Source: a virus
Lineage: Duplodnaviria > Caudoviricetes
DNA: 63,218 nt
Virus record (IMG/VR): IMGVR_UViG_3300046791_000289
Coordinates: 1 to 63,218 of that record
Reading direction: 5' to 3' (one strand)
Shown: positions 37,773 through 47,233 of the stretch, in pieces
Layout of the letters: every line of letters starts with the position of its first letter
Position numbering within the stretch: position 1 is the first letter of the stretch
Notes under the pieces: generated by a model
Database searches by the model: none
Told to the model about the DNA's origin: nothing
Seen by the model: only the letters and a program-made list of their open reading frames with translations
Position numbers and translations under genes: made by a program

Positions 37773-39287
37773 ATGCCCGAGCAAAACGCCGCAGACGTCT
37801 CTTTTTGCTACTCGATCGAGAGCGCGATCGGCGTGTCCGGCACGCTGTGGAAGTCGATCGAGCCCAACCCCGGATCGTGGAAGGCGGGCGCCGAGATCAA
37901 GACGGTGGCCCGGATGCCGGTCACGCCCGATCGCCAGGAGCGCCCCGGCTCGGTGATCGATCTCGACGCCGGCGTCGAGTACGAGTCCGACATGATGTAC
38001 GACGCGTGCGAGGATCTCCTCGAGATGGCGTTGTGCGTGACCGCCAAGCGCGGCACCGTCGCCAACCCCACCGCGCGCTGGACCACCGGCACGAGCACGA
38101 TCACGTCGGTGACCGGCACCGGCTACGTGACCAGCGCGGGCGGCGACTGGCCCAACAACACGCTCGTGGTCGCGCGCGGCTTCGCGCTCGCCGCGAACAA
38201 CGGTTTGAAGCTCCTGGCGGGCTCGTCGACCACCGTGCTGGTGAAGGCCGCCGGCCTGGCCGCCGAGACCACGAGCGTGGTCCAGAACGCGCAGCTTGAG
38301 GTGTGCGGCGTCCAGGCGGCCGTGAACGATCTCAACGTCGTGGCGAGCGGCCAGAAGATCACGAGCACGGTGCTCAACTTCACGCTCTTGCCGATCTCCG
38401 TCGGCCAGGAGATCTACATCGGCGACCTCGCCTCGGGTGCCGCGTTCACGTTCACGAACTCGGTCAACCGCGGCTTCTGGCGGATCACCGCGATCGCCGC
38501 CGGCGCCCTGTCTCTCGACCGCGGGCCGGGCTCCGCGCTCGTCGACGAGACCGGCACCGGCCTCACGATCCGCCTGTTCTACGGCGCCTGGCTCCGCCCG
38601 GTCGCGCGCACGTCGACGTCGTTCCTCGATCGCTCGGTCTCGTTCGAGGCGGCCTATAACGACCTCCTCCTGTATCACTACTCCAAAGGGCAGAAGCTGG
38701 ACCAGCTCGTGCTCACGGCGCCCACGACGAACAAGGCCACGCTCAAGGCCTCGTTCAAGGGCCTGGACTCGCCGGCGCCGGTCGCGGCCGGCTCGCGGCT
38801 CGCGGGCGCGTCGACGCCGAACTCCGTCGTCGCGAACACGCTGATCGCGACGGTCTCCGACATGCCGCGGCTCCGCATGATCACGCAAGCGGAGGCCGCG
38901 CTCTCCACGGACGGATCGTGGTTCGAGACCGTGACCATGACGATCAGCGACAACGTGAACCCGAAAAAGTACCTGGGGTCGCTGGGCGCGAGCCGCAACG
39001 TGCTCGGCCGGTTCGGGATCAAGATCGCGTGCGTCGGTGTCTTCACCGACTCGCTCCTCCTCTCCGCGATCCGCAATAACACGTCGCTCGGGTTCGGTTT
39101 CTGCCTCCGCGGCCTGGGCGACGGCGCGATCTACTTCGACGTGCCCGACGCGCGCGCCGGTGGCGGCGCGCTCACGCAACCCGACAACGATCTCGTGACG
39201 CAGCAATTTGAGCTGACGCCGGTCAAGTCGCAGGCGCTCTATCCCTACGCGATGTCGATCAGCCTCTTCCCGTACATCCCGATCTGA
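37773..39287 (+). CDS. Major tail tube protein with inserted domains
   Basis: 504 aa between terminator and chaperone. Y..E...G start, SFEAAY.D, TI.DN, GD.AI.FD.P. Confidence 0.8.
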   Translation: MPEQNAADVSFCYSIESAIGVSGTLWKSIEPNPGSWKAGAEIKTVARMPVTPDRQERPGSVIDLDAGVEYESDMMYDACEDLLEMALCVTAKRGTVANPTARWTTGTSTITSVTGTGYVTSAGGDWPNNTLVVARGFALAANNGLKLLAGSSTTVLVKAAGLAAETTSVVQNAQLEVCGVQAAVNDLNVVASGQKITSTVLNFTLLPISVGQEIYIGDLASGAAFTFTNSVNRGFWRITAIAAGALSLDRGPGSALVDETGTGLTIRLFYGAWLRPVARTSTSFLDRSVSFEAAYNDLLLYHYSKGQKLDQLVLTAPTTNKATLKASFKGLDSPAPVAAGSRLAGASTPNSVVANTLIATVSDMPRLRMITQAEAALSTDGSWFETVTMTISDNVNPKKYLGSLGASRNVLGRFGIKIACVGVFTDSLLLSAIRNNTSLGFGFCLRGLGDGAIYFDVPDARAGGGALTQPDNDLVTQQFELTPVKSQALYPYAMSISLFPYIPI

Positions 39288-39360
39288 TTCGGGGCCGCCG
39301 GTCCCCGAGGGAGTCCTCCCGGTCCCCCGGCGCGCGTCGTGCGCGCCTCCGGCGTGTTCG

Positions 39361-39397
39361 CGGCTCGGATCGTGAGGTCCGGGCCGTTCGCATTTTC
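39361..39397 (+). terminator. GNRA-capped hairpin followed by a T-rich tract
   Basis: CGGCTCGGATC-GTGA-GGTCCGGGCCG then TTCGCATTTT. Confidence 0.5.
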
Positions 39398-39445
39398 GGC
39401 GGCGCCGCGCGCCTGCTACGGTGCGCGCAGGAGGACTCAGACCCC

Positions 39446-39973
39446 ATGCCCGATTTCTCGCACCTCGCCAACCTAGCCACCGACGCCACGCTCACGGCGC
39501 GGCTCACGATCCCGGAGATTACCGTCCACGGCCAGGAGCTGGCGCCCGACGGCAACCCCAAGCCGGATGGGTGCACGCCCGTCCTCTTCGTCGTGAGCAC
39601 CGGCGAAAAGAACGTCGAGTATTCGCGCAAGATCGCCGCCGTCGCGCTCCAGCGCGCGAAGCAGCGCGCCGCGATGACCACGGAGGAATGGCTCCGCGCG
39701 AACCGCGAGGCGCGCGCGCGCTTCCGCAAGTTGGCCCCCGCGCTCGTCGTCAAGGGCTGGGCGAACGTCTACGAGACCACGCCCAACGGGCCGCGTGAGG
39801 TCCCGTTCTCGATCAGCGCCTGTGAGGAGTTGTTCGCGCCCGAGGACGCCAAGGGGCCCGATGGCAAGCCCAAGCCTGGCCTCCCGGATCAGATCGTGGA
39901 CCGCGTGATCGCGTTCTGCTCTGACGAGGCCAACTTCACGCACGCGAACGTCGAGGCCGTCGCAAAAAACTAG
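39446..39973 (+). CDS. Tail assembly chaperone (gpG-like)
   Basis: GGAGGA RBS. VVKGW.NV, EVPFS...C.ELF, F...EANF. Lies between tube and tape measure. Confidence 0.85.
   Translation: MPDFSHLANLATDATLTARLTIPEITVHGQELAPDGNPKPDGCTPVLFVVSTGEKNVEYSRKIAAVALQRAKQRAAMTTEEWLRANREARARFRKLAPALVVKGWANVYETTPNGPREVPFSISACEELFAPEDAKGPDGKPKPGLPDQIVDRVIAFCSDEANFTHANVEAVAKN
39964..39970 (+). other. -1 ribosomal frameshift slippery site A_AAA_AAC
   Basis: In-phase X_XXY_YYZ heptamer directly before the TAG. The -1 frame is open to 40395. Confidence 0.85.
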
Positions 39974-40395
39974 CGGCGGTGGTCGAGTGGGAACTCGCGC
40001 TCACGCCGTATCGCGGCGTGCTCGACCTCCGCGACAAGGCCGTGGCCGACGCCATCGACCACGACCGATCAGCGCCTCCGCCCCAGCTTCCTGCGTTCCT
40101 GCGTACGCACCTCGAGAACCGCCCGGACCTCGACGAAGGCGATCTCTTTTTCGTCCGTGCGTATAGGGATCTGGCAACGTGCCGCCCTGAGGGGTTCAAC
40201 GGGCCAGGGCTTATCCCATGGACGGCGATCCAGCTCTGGATCGACCGGCACGGCGCCGCGGAAGACCCTATCCTTGCCGATGCGATCCACGTGATCATCC
40301 GCGCCATGGACACCGCCGAGCGGGCGTGGCACGTCGCGCACCCGCCCCCCCCGAAGGCACCGCAGAAGCCGCCCCCGCGCGGCCGTCGAGGTTGA
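39970..40395 (+). CDS. gpT-like frameshift extension of the tail chaperone
   Basis: -1 frame relative to gpG, no own RBS. L.T.R......G.IPWTAI..W...IRAMD. Confidence 0.8.
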   Translation, partial: LAAVVEWELALTPYRGVLDLRDKAVADAIDHDRSAPPPQLPAFLRTHLENRPDLDEGDLFFVRAYRDLATCRPEGFNGPGLIPWTAIQLWIDRHGAAEDPILADAIHVIIRAMDTAERAWHVAHPPPPKAPQKPPPRGRRG

Positions 40396-40399
40396 GCCC

Positions 40400-43378
40400 A
40401 TGCCTGATTTCGTCACGAACGCGATCCTCAACCCCACCGGCTACAAGGTCGGCGCGGATCAGGTAATCGCGGCGGCGAAGGCGACGGCGGCGGCGCAACA
40501 ACAGGCGCTCGATTCGGTGGAGAAACTGGCACGCCAGTTTCGCGCGCTCGAAGGCCAGCTCAACCCGGTGATCGCGCGCGAAAACGCGCTCTACGAGGTC
40601 ACGGAGCTTGCGACGCGCGCCCAGCTCGCCGGCATCATCACGGACAAGGAGGCGATCCGTACGATCGAGATGAAGCGCGTGGCGCTCGAGGCGGAGACCC
40701 TCACCTACCAAAAGGTGATCGTCGAGTTGGCCGCCGAGACCGCCACGATGCGGGTCAACGATCGCGAGCGCGAGATCTCCGCCAAGCTGATCGCGACAGA
40801 GAACCGGCTCAAGCAAGCCGGCGTCGCGGTCTCCGCCGAGCAACGCGCCGCGCTCCAGGCGGAGATCACGACGCAGGTGGAGTTGGGTGCCGCGCGGACC
40901 AAGGCGAGCGGTGGCGGCGGCGGCACCGGCGGCGCGATCGCCGGCATCGTGGCCACGCTGGGCGTGGGCGAGGTGATCCACCTCTCCGACGCGTACACCG
41001 GGCTCCAGAACCGGATCCGCCTCGTGACCGATGGGGAGGCGGACCTCAAGAGCGTGAGCGACCAGCTCTTTCAGGTCTCGCAGGAGACCCGCTTTTCGTG
41101 GGAGGCGAGCGCGGAGACCTACCAGCGACTGACGAACGCGACGCAAGATCTCGGGCTCACCGAGCGCCACCGGATCGCGTTGACCAAGGAGTTGAATGAG
41201 CTGGCCGTCGAGTCCGGCGTGACCGGCAAGGAGGCGGAGAACGGCCTCCGCCAACTCGCCCAGGGCCTCTCCGCGGGGGCACTCCGCGGCCAGGATCTCC
41301 GCGCCGCGCTCGAGGACGTGCCCGCGCTCGGCCAGGCGATCGCGAAGGGCCTGGGCGTGTCGGTCGGCGCGCTCCGCGAGCTGGGCGAGAAGGGCAAGCT
41401 CACCGCCGACATGATCGTCAACGCGCTCGATCGCGTGCGCGGCGACGTGGATCAGAAGTTCGGCAAGACCACGGAGACTGTCGGCCAGAGCCTCGTGCGG
41501 CTCAAGAACGCGGCGGAGAAGTTCTCGGGCGAGTTGCTCACGGAGAGCGGGCTCGCGAGCGGACTCGCCAACGTCCTGTCGTTCCTCGCCGACCACATGG
41601 ACACCCTCGGCAAGGTGATCGAGTTCGTGTCGATCGCGCTGGGCGTCAAGTTCGCGCTGGGCGCCGTGCGCGCCGCGATCGAGGGGATCCTCGCGCTCGA
41701 CGTCGCGATCGCCTCGAACCCGCTCGGCATGCTCATCATCGGCGTGAGCGCGGCTGTCGCCGCGTTCGTCCTCTTCGGCGACGAGATCAAGGGCGTCCTC
41801 TCGTTCTTCACGGAGAACGTGTGGGCGGAGGCCGCTGGCTCCGTGCTGCTCCTGCTCAACCCGCTGACGATGGCGATCGGCGTCCTCGGCCTCGTCGACT
41901 CCGGCCTCAAGCTGGTCGGGTCGTCGCTCGGCGGCCTCACGGACTGGCTCGGCATCACGAGCGAGGCGTTTGGGGACTTCCGTGAGGCCATGGAGCGCGC
42001 ACAGCACCAGCACGAGGAGGAGGTGCGCCTCACCTGGAATCAGGCCTTCGCGCTCGGGCGGCTCCGCGCCGCGCTCAAGGACGGCACGGAGGTCACGGCG
42101 CTACAGGCGGGGCTCATGCTCAACCTGGGCGACCAGATCAAGCGCACGACCGACATCGCCCAGGCGTTCGTGGCCGTCGACGTGAGCCGCCAGGTCACCG
42201 AGTTGGTCACCGCGGCCGCGCTCGTCGGCCAGATCAAGCACGAGATCGACGCGATCCAGGCGGCGACGGCCCGGCAGATCGGCACGATCGCGCGCGATCA
42301 GGCCCGCACGACCGTCGCGCTCGTCCAACGCCTCCAGCGCGAGGCGCGCCAGGCCGCGACGGAATCCAAGGCGCTCGATCGCGAGCTGGCCTCGCTCGAG
42401 GGCCGCCAGAACGCGGCCAGCGACGCCGCGCTCAAGCTCGCCACGGCCTACGGCATCCTGGAGCGCGCGGTCCACGCGAACAAGATCACGATGGCCGAGG
42501 CGAACGAGATCCGCGTGGCCACGATCGCGAACGTGGCGGCGGAGGAGGCCGGCAAGAGCAAGCTCATCGATCGCGAGCGCTCGATCACCGCCGAACTCGA
42601 GGCCCAGGCGCGCGCGGAGCAAATCCGGGCGGACATCTCAAACGAGCACTACGCCGCGAGCATCGGCAAGACGTCGGAGCTTGGCGACAAGATGCAGGCG
42701 GATCTGGCCGCCGGTAAGCAATCGCTCTACGACGCGGGCCTCGCGCTCGCCAAGGGCGCCGACGATCGTTCGCCGCTCGAGGGCATGCGCAAGGCGTTCT
42801 CCGAGATCGCCGGCCACGCCAAGGCCGCCGGCGTCGCTATCAAGGAGGCCTTCGTCGACGTGTTCGGCCAGATCGAGGACAAGCTGGTCGACCTCGTGGT
42901 CACCGGCAAAGCCTCGTTCGCCGACCTCACCGAATCGATCTTCCGCATGCTGACTAAGATCCTCCTGGATCAGGCGTTCGCCCGGTTGATCGGGATCCTC
43001 GGGCTCGGGTCGGCGGGCGGCGCCGCGGGCGCGTTCGCCGCGGCCAACGCGGGCCGCATTCCCGGCCACGCGACCGGCATCCAATACATGGTGGGCGGCT
43101 CGGGCTCGACGGATAACGAACTCCAGATGTTCCGCGCGACGCGCGGCGAGCGCGTGACCGTGGAGACGCCGGCGCAACAGATCGCGGCGGCCTCGCGCGG
43201 CAACGGCGGAGGCGGCGGCGGCCTCGCGCCGGTCGTGCGGCTCACCGCGGTGAACGTCCTGGACCCGCGCCTCGTGCCTCAGATCCTCGCGACGCCCGAG
43301 GGCGCCTCGCACGTCATCAACTCGATCGCGTCGCGCCCGGAGATGGCGCGCGCCGCGCTCCGCGCCCGGAGGGGCTGA
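40400..43378 (+). CDS. Tape measure protein
   Basis: 992 aa, Ala-rich. DAY...QNRIRLVT, QLAQGLSAGALRGQD, HATG...VGG.G.TD...GERV.V. Confidence 0.95.
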   Translation: MPDFVTNAILNPTGYKVGADQVIAAAKATAAAQQQALDSVEKLARQFRALEGQLNPVIARENALYEVTELATRAQLAGIITDKEAIRTIEMKRVALEAETLTYQKVIVELAAETATMRVNDREREISAKLIATENRLKQAGVAVSAEQRAALQAEITTQVELGAARTKASGGGGGTGGAIAGIVATLGVGEVIHLSDAYTGLQNRIRLVTDGEADLKSVSDQLFQVSQETRFSWEASAETYQRLTNATQDLGLTERHRIALTKELNELAVESGVTGKEAENGLRQLAQGLSAGALRGQDLRAALEDVPALGQAIAKGLGVSVGALRELGEKGKLTADMIVNALDRVRGDVDQKFGKTTETVGQSLVRLKNAAEKFSGELLTESGLASGLANVLSFLADHMDTLGKVIEFVSIALGVKFALGAVRAAIEGILALDVAIASNPLGMLIIGVSAAVAAFVLFGDEIKGVLSFFTENVWAEAAGSVLLLLNPLTMAIGVLGLVDSGLKLVGSSLGGLTDWLGITSEAFGDFREAMERAQHQHEEEVRLTWNQAFALGRLRAALKDGTEVTALQAGLMLNLGDQIKRTTDIAQAFVAVDVSRQVTELVTAAALVGQIKHEIDAIQAATARQIGTIARDQARTTVALVQRLQREARQAATESKALDRELASLEGRQNAASDAALKLATAYGILERAVHANKITMAEANEIRVATIANVAAEEAGKSKLIDRERSITAELEAQARAEQIRADISNEHYAASIGKTSELGDKMQADLAAGKQSLYDAGLALAKGADDRSPLEGMRKAFSEIAGHAKAAGVAIKEAFVDVFGQIEDKLVDLVVTGKASFADLTESIFRMLTKILLDQAFARLIGILGLGSAGGAAGAFAAANAGRIPGHATGIQYMVGGSGSTDNELQMFRATRGERVTVETPAQQIAAASRGNGGGGGGLAPVVRLTAVNVLDPRLVPQILATPEGASHVINSIASRPEMARAALRARRG

Positions 43379-43382
43379 TCCC

Positions 43383-44234
43383 ATGCTTCAACCTGTCGAT
43401 GTCAATGAATACGGCGACGTGATCTCGAGCGTGTCGGGCGCGCCTGGCCTGGGGCCCGGCGTCACCGTCACGCCCGGCAACAACACGTATGGCTCCTATG
43501 TGTCCGTGCTCTCGGCCGTTGCCTCGGACGTGTGGGGCCTGTGGATCCTAATCACGAACGGGTTCGTGTCGGCGGCCGCGCGCGACATGATCGTGACGAT
43601 CGGGCTCGACGCCGCGGGCGGCACCTCGTTCACGGACTTCATCGTCGACCTCCTCGCGCCGTGTCCTGGCCAGTACGGCACGTCCGCCGCGGTGCCGGGC
43701 GGGATCGCCTACTGGTTCCCCCTATTCATCAAGGCGGGCACCTCGATCGGCGCGAAAGCGTCAGTCAACAATGCGACCGTCGGCACCGTCGCGGTCGGCG
43801 CGAAGTGCATGATCAAGCCGTCCCGCCCCGACCTGATCCGCGTCGGTCACTACGTGCGGACCTACGGCTCGACGCCGGCGTCGAGTTCGGGCACCGCCGT
43901 CACGCCCGGCACCGCCTCAGAGGGCGCCTGGACGCAACTCGGCACGGTAGCCGCGGGCGATCGGCCGTGGTTCTGGCAAGTCGGCCTCGGGATCAACAAT
44001 GCCGCGATGAATTCGGGCGCCTGGCACATCGACCTGGGCATCGGCGACGCCTCGAACAAGCGGACACCGATCGTCGATCAGTTCTCCTCGAGCGCGTCCA
44101 CCGAATGCATCTCCGCGAACTACGCCGGGGCGTTCGCGAAGGCGGTGCCTGGCGATCTGGTCTACGGTCGCGCTCAACAGTCCTCAACCCTGATGACCGG
44201 ATTCTCGATGGCCGCCTACGCGGTCGGAGGTTGA
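43383..44234 (+). CDS. Virion protein with two tandem beta-rich repeats
   Basis: G..VTPG....G.(Y/W) and IG.....DL/Q occur twice. Confidence 0.65.
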   Translation: MLQPVDVNEYGDVISSVSGAPGLGPGVTVTPGNNTYGSYVSVLSAVASDVWGLWILITNGFVSAAARDMIVTIGLDAAGGTSFTDFIVDLLAPCPGQYGTSAAVPGGIAYWFPLFIKAGTSIGAKASVNNATVGTVAVGAKCMIKPSRPDLIRVGHYVRTYGSTPASSSGTAVTPGTASEGAWTQLGTVAAGDRPWFWQVGLGINNAAMNSGAWHIDLGIGDASNKRTPIVDQFSSSASTECISANYAGAFAKAVPGDLVYGRAQQSSTLMTGFSMAAYAVGG

Positions 44235-44238
44235 TGCC

Positions 44239-45150
44239 ATGACCGTTCCTCTGACGTTGACCGAGGGCACTCCGACGATCTCCACCACGGAATGGAGCTT
44301 CCCCGCGGGCGGGACCACGCTCACCGCGCAAACGACCGCGGGCCGCATGTCCGCGTTGCTCAACATGAGCAACCTCGTCGCGGGGGATGAGTTTCAGTTC
44401 AAGCTCTACGAGGCATCGGTGGCCGCCGGCACGCAACTCCCGATCTGGGATTGCACGATCAAGGGCGCGCATGACTCGTTCTTCACGCCGGACCTCCCCG
44501 TCGCGCGCGGTTGGAACCTCACCGCGAAGCGGATCGCCGGCGCCGATCGCGTCATCGGGTTCTCGATCCGGCAGTCGACCGGCGACGTCAACGCGGCGTC
44601 AATCGCGGCCAGCGCGATCAACCTCGCCGCGCTCGCGAGCGACACCCGGTTGTCGCTCGGCATCATGCGCGCGAACACGGCCCAGGCGGGCGCGGCGCAG
44701 GCGATCACGCTCGACGCGGGCGCGAGCGCCACCGATGACATCTACGTCGGCATGCTCGCGATCCTCACGGGCGGTACCGGCGCCGGCAACGCGCGGCGGA
44801 TCGTCGACTACATCGGATCGACCAAGGTCGCGACCCTCAACGAGCCCTGGCTCGGCACGTCGCCCGACAACACCACGACGTTCGTGCTCATGGCGGATGC
44901 GGACATGCCCGAGTTGCCCGGCCGCAAGGCGATCACCGGCACGCTCACGGCGACCGCGTTCACGACCGACCTCACCGAGACCACCACGGATCACTACAAG
45001 GACTGCTTCATCACGTTCGCGACCGGCACGCTCGCGCGCCAGGTCAAGAAGTGCACGGCCTACGACGGCTCGACGAAGACGTTGACGTTCGCGTCCGGCT
45101 TCACCGGCGCCCCCTCGAACGGTGACGTGTTCTACGTGATCAACGGCTGA
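44239..45150 (+). CDS. Putative fibre/appendage adaptor with two ~75-aa repeats
   Basis: Repeats ..D.Y....(L/F)..GT....R/K...Y.GSTK..T......P.N...F. Confidence 0.7.
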   Translation: MTVPLTLTEGTPTISTTEWSFPAGGTTLTAQTTAGRMSALLNMSNLVAGDEFQFKLYEASVAAGTQLPIWDCTIKGAHDSFFTPDLPVARGWNLTAKRIAGADRVIGFSIRQSTGDVNAASIAASAINLAALASDTRLSLGIMRANTAQAGAAQAITLDAGASATDDIYVGMLAILTGGTGAGNARRIVDYIGSTKVATLNEPWLGTSPDNTTTFVLMADADMPELPGRKAITGTLTATAFTTDLTETTTDHYKDCFITFATGTLARQVKKCTAYDGSTKTLTFASGFTGAPSNGDVFYVING

Positions 45151-45154
45151 TCCG

Positions 45155-46402
45155 ATGAGCGGCGGCTACCTCCTCCTCGCGGATGGTTTCGGTGGGGGTG
45201 CGCCGCCGGCGCCGCCCAGCGCGATCGGCTACATCCTCGCGACGCGGCCGCCGTCCTCGTACCGGCACACCGCGAAGTGGATCACGGACGTGCTCACGAG
45301 CGCGAACGGCGCCGAGCATCGCCGCGCGCTCGCCGCGTACCCGCGCGAGGCCTACGAGGCGACCTATCACCTCGACGCGATCGAGGCCGCCGAGATGCGC
45401 GGCGTGCTCTACGCGATCGGCGCCACGCCTGTGCTCTTGCCCGAGGAGCACGAGGCGCTCCCGGCGCTCGCCGCGATCACGGCCTACACGATCAGCATCG
45501 ACACGACGCGATCGGACGCGTTCGCAGTCGGCGTAAGCGTGCTCGTGCGCAACGGCGCCGATCAGGCCTACGGCGGCGTGATCTCCGCGATCGCGCCCGG
45601 CACGCCCGGCCTCAACACGATCACGATCGACGCCCTCCCCACCGCCGGCCTCGCGTTCGCGGCGGGCTCCGACGTGGTCCCGCTCCGCCAGATCTCGATG
45701 GCCGACGGCCAGCCGCTCGCGCGCTACGCCCAGGGCGACGGCATCCTCACGGTGGGCGGCCAGGCGACGACCCTCCGCACGACGATCGGCACCGGCGCCA
45801 CGCTGACGACGTTCGACGGGATCCCGGTGGTCACGTACCCGGCCGAGCGCGACGAGGGCGGATCGCCGACCGGCGAGCAAACGACCGATGACCTGATCGT
45901 GATCGACTACGGCGGCGCGTTCGAGGTGCGCACGGACCGCACGTCGCCCGCGATCCAGCGCGGCCATCGCTGGACCGTCGACGGGCCGACGGATCGCCAG
46001 TGGTGGAAACTGCTGGCCGCCACGCTCTACGGCAAGCAAGGCCGCGCGCTCCTCCCCACCTGGCGCGCTGACCTGGCGCTCTCGATCCAGCCCGCGCCGG
46101 GCGCGACCACGCTCCTCGTGACCGATGCCGTGGACTACGCCGGCGTGTGGTACCCGGACGGCTTCCGCTGGCTCCAGCTCGCGCACGCGGACGGCTCGGT
46201 CGAGTACACGAAGGCCTCCGCCGCCGTCGACAACGGCAACGGCACACAATCGGTGACGTGCTCGGCCGTGTCCGGGACCGCGGTCACGATGGTGTCCATG
46301 ATGGATCCGGTCCGCCTCAACACGGACGAGGTCGTGACCGAGTGGCAAGCGGGCCTCGTCGGCGACCTCGCGCTAGCGTTCTCCACGATCCCCGCCGGAT
46401 GA
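45155..46402 (+). CDS. Distal tail / baseplate hub protein
   Basis: W.TDVL.S.NG.E.RRAL...PR, G.Q....LPTW..DL, VRL.TD.V..EW. Confidence 0.7.
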   Translation: MSGGYLLLADGFGGGAPPAPPSAIGYILATRPPSSYRHTAKWITDVLTSANGAEHRRALAAYPREAYEATYHLDAIEAAEMRGVLYAIGATPVLLPEEHEALPALAAITAYTISIDTTRSDAFAVGVSVLVRNGADQAYGGVISAIAPGTPGLNTITIDALPTAGLAFAAGSDVVPLRQISMADGQPLARYAQGDGILTVGGQATTLRTTIGTGATLTTFDGIPVVTYPAERDEGGSPTGEQTTDDLIVIDYGGAFEVRTDRTSPAIQRGHRWTVDGPTDRQWWKLLAATLYGKQGRALLPTWRADLALSIQPAPGATTLLVTDAVDYAGVWYPDGFRWLQLAHADGSVEYTKASAAVDNGNGTQSVTCSAVSGTAVTMVSMMDPVRLNTDEVVTEWQAGLVGDLALAFSTIPAG

Positions 46403-46408
46403 GGTCTC

Positions 46409-47233
46409 ATGTCGTACGACACCGACGAGAAAAGCATCGCAGGAAGCCGCCCCGTCGAGTTGTATGAGTTCACGGCGGGCTCGCTGGTCTACCGCTACAC
46501 GTCGGCGGCGGACGCGATCAGCTACGGCGGCCACAGCTACACGCCGGCGCCGCTCCAAAGCTCCTCGCTGGGCGCGCCGGGCACCTCTGACCCGCCCGAG
46601 TTCTCGATCGAGGCGCCCTACGATCTCCCGTTCGTCGTAGAGCAGGGGACCGATATGCCCGCGCAGGGCATGACCCTCCTCCTCTCGCTCTACCAGCGCG
46701 TGAGCGGCGTCGCGCTGGGCGTGTGGTTCGCCCGGGTGACCTCGATCGCGCTCACCGGGAACACGGCCCGGATCCGCGTGCCGTCCGTCCTCGACGACGC
46801 GCTCGACGCGCCGGTGCCGAGCAAGCGCTATCAGCTCCAGTGCATGCACCAGCTCTTTGACGCGCGGTGCACGCTCTCGCCGCTGATCGGCTTCACGTCG
46901 ACGACGATCGCCGGCACGACGAGCAACCCGCGGATCTTCACCGTCGCCGGTGTCGGCGGGAACCCGGATGACTGGTACACGAGCGGCCAGCTCCTCGACG
47001 TCGCGACCGGCGAGCGGCGCATGATCGTGTCGCAGGTCGGCACGACGATCGAGATCAAGGACCGCCTCCCGATCGCGAACCTCCTCTCGCCGGTGCGCAC
47101 GGTCTACCTCTACGCCGGGTGTCGCCGCACCGTCGAGGTGTGCTCGGCGAAGTGGAACAACGTGAAGCACTTCACCGGCTTTCCCTACATCCCGTCGGAG
47201 AACATGTTCACCGGCGGATTGCGAGGTCTCTGA
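46409..47233 (+). CDS. BR0599/DUF2163-family baseplate protein
   Basis: PVELYEF...RYTS, YQ.QC.H.LFD.RC, YAGC......C..K.NN...F.GFPYIP. Confidence 0.9.
   Translation: MSYDTDEKSIAGSRPVELYEFTAGSLVYRYTSAADAISYGGHSYTPAPLQSSSLGAPGTSDPPEFSIEAPYDLPFVVEQGTDMPAQGMTLLLSLYQRVSGVALGVWFARVTSIALTGNTARIRVPSVLDDALDAPVPSKRYQLQCMHQLFDARCTLSPLIGFTSTTIAGTTSNPRIFTVAGVGGNPDDWYTSGQLLDVATGERRMIVSQVGTTIEIKDRLPIANLLSPVRTVYLYAGCRRTVEVCSAKWNNVKHFTGFPYIPSENMFTGGLRGL

Noticed and set aside
37040-45150. Similar gene ends as a DGR template/variable repeat pair
   Set aside because: Differences are not adenine-specific, both copies are coding, and no reverse transcriptase was recognised.
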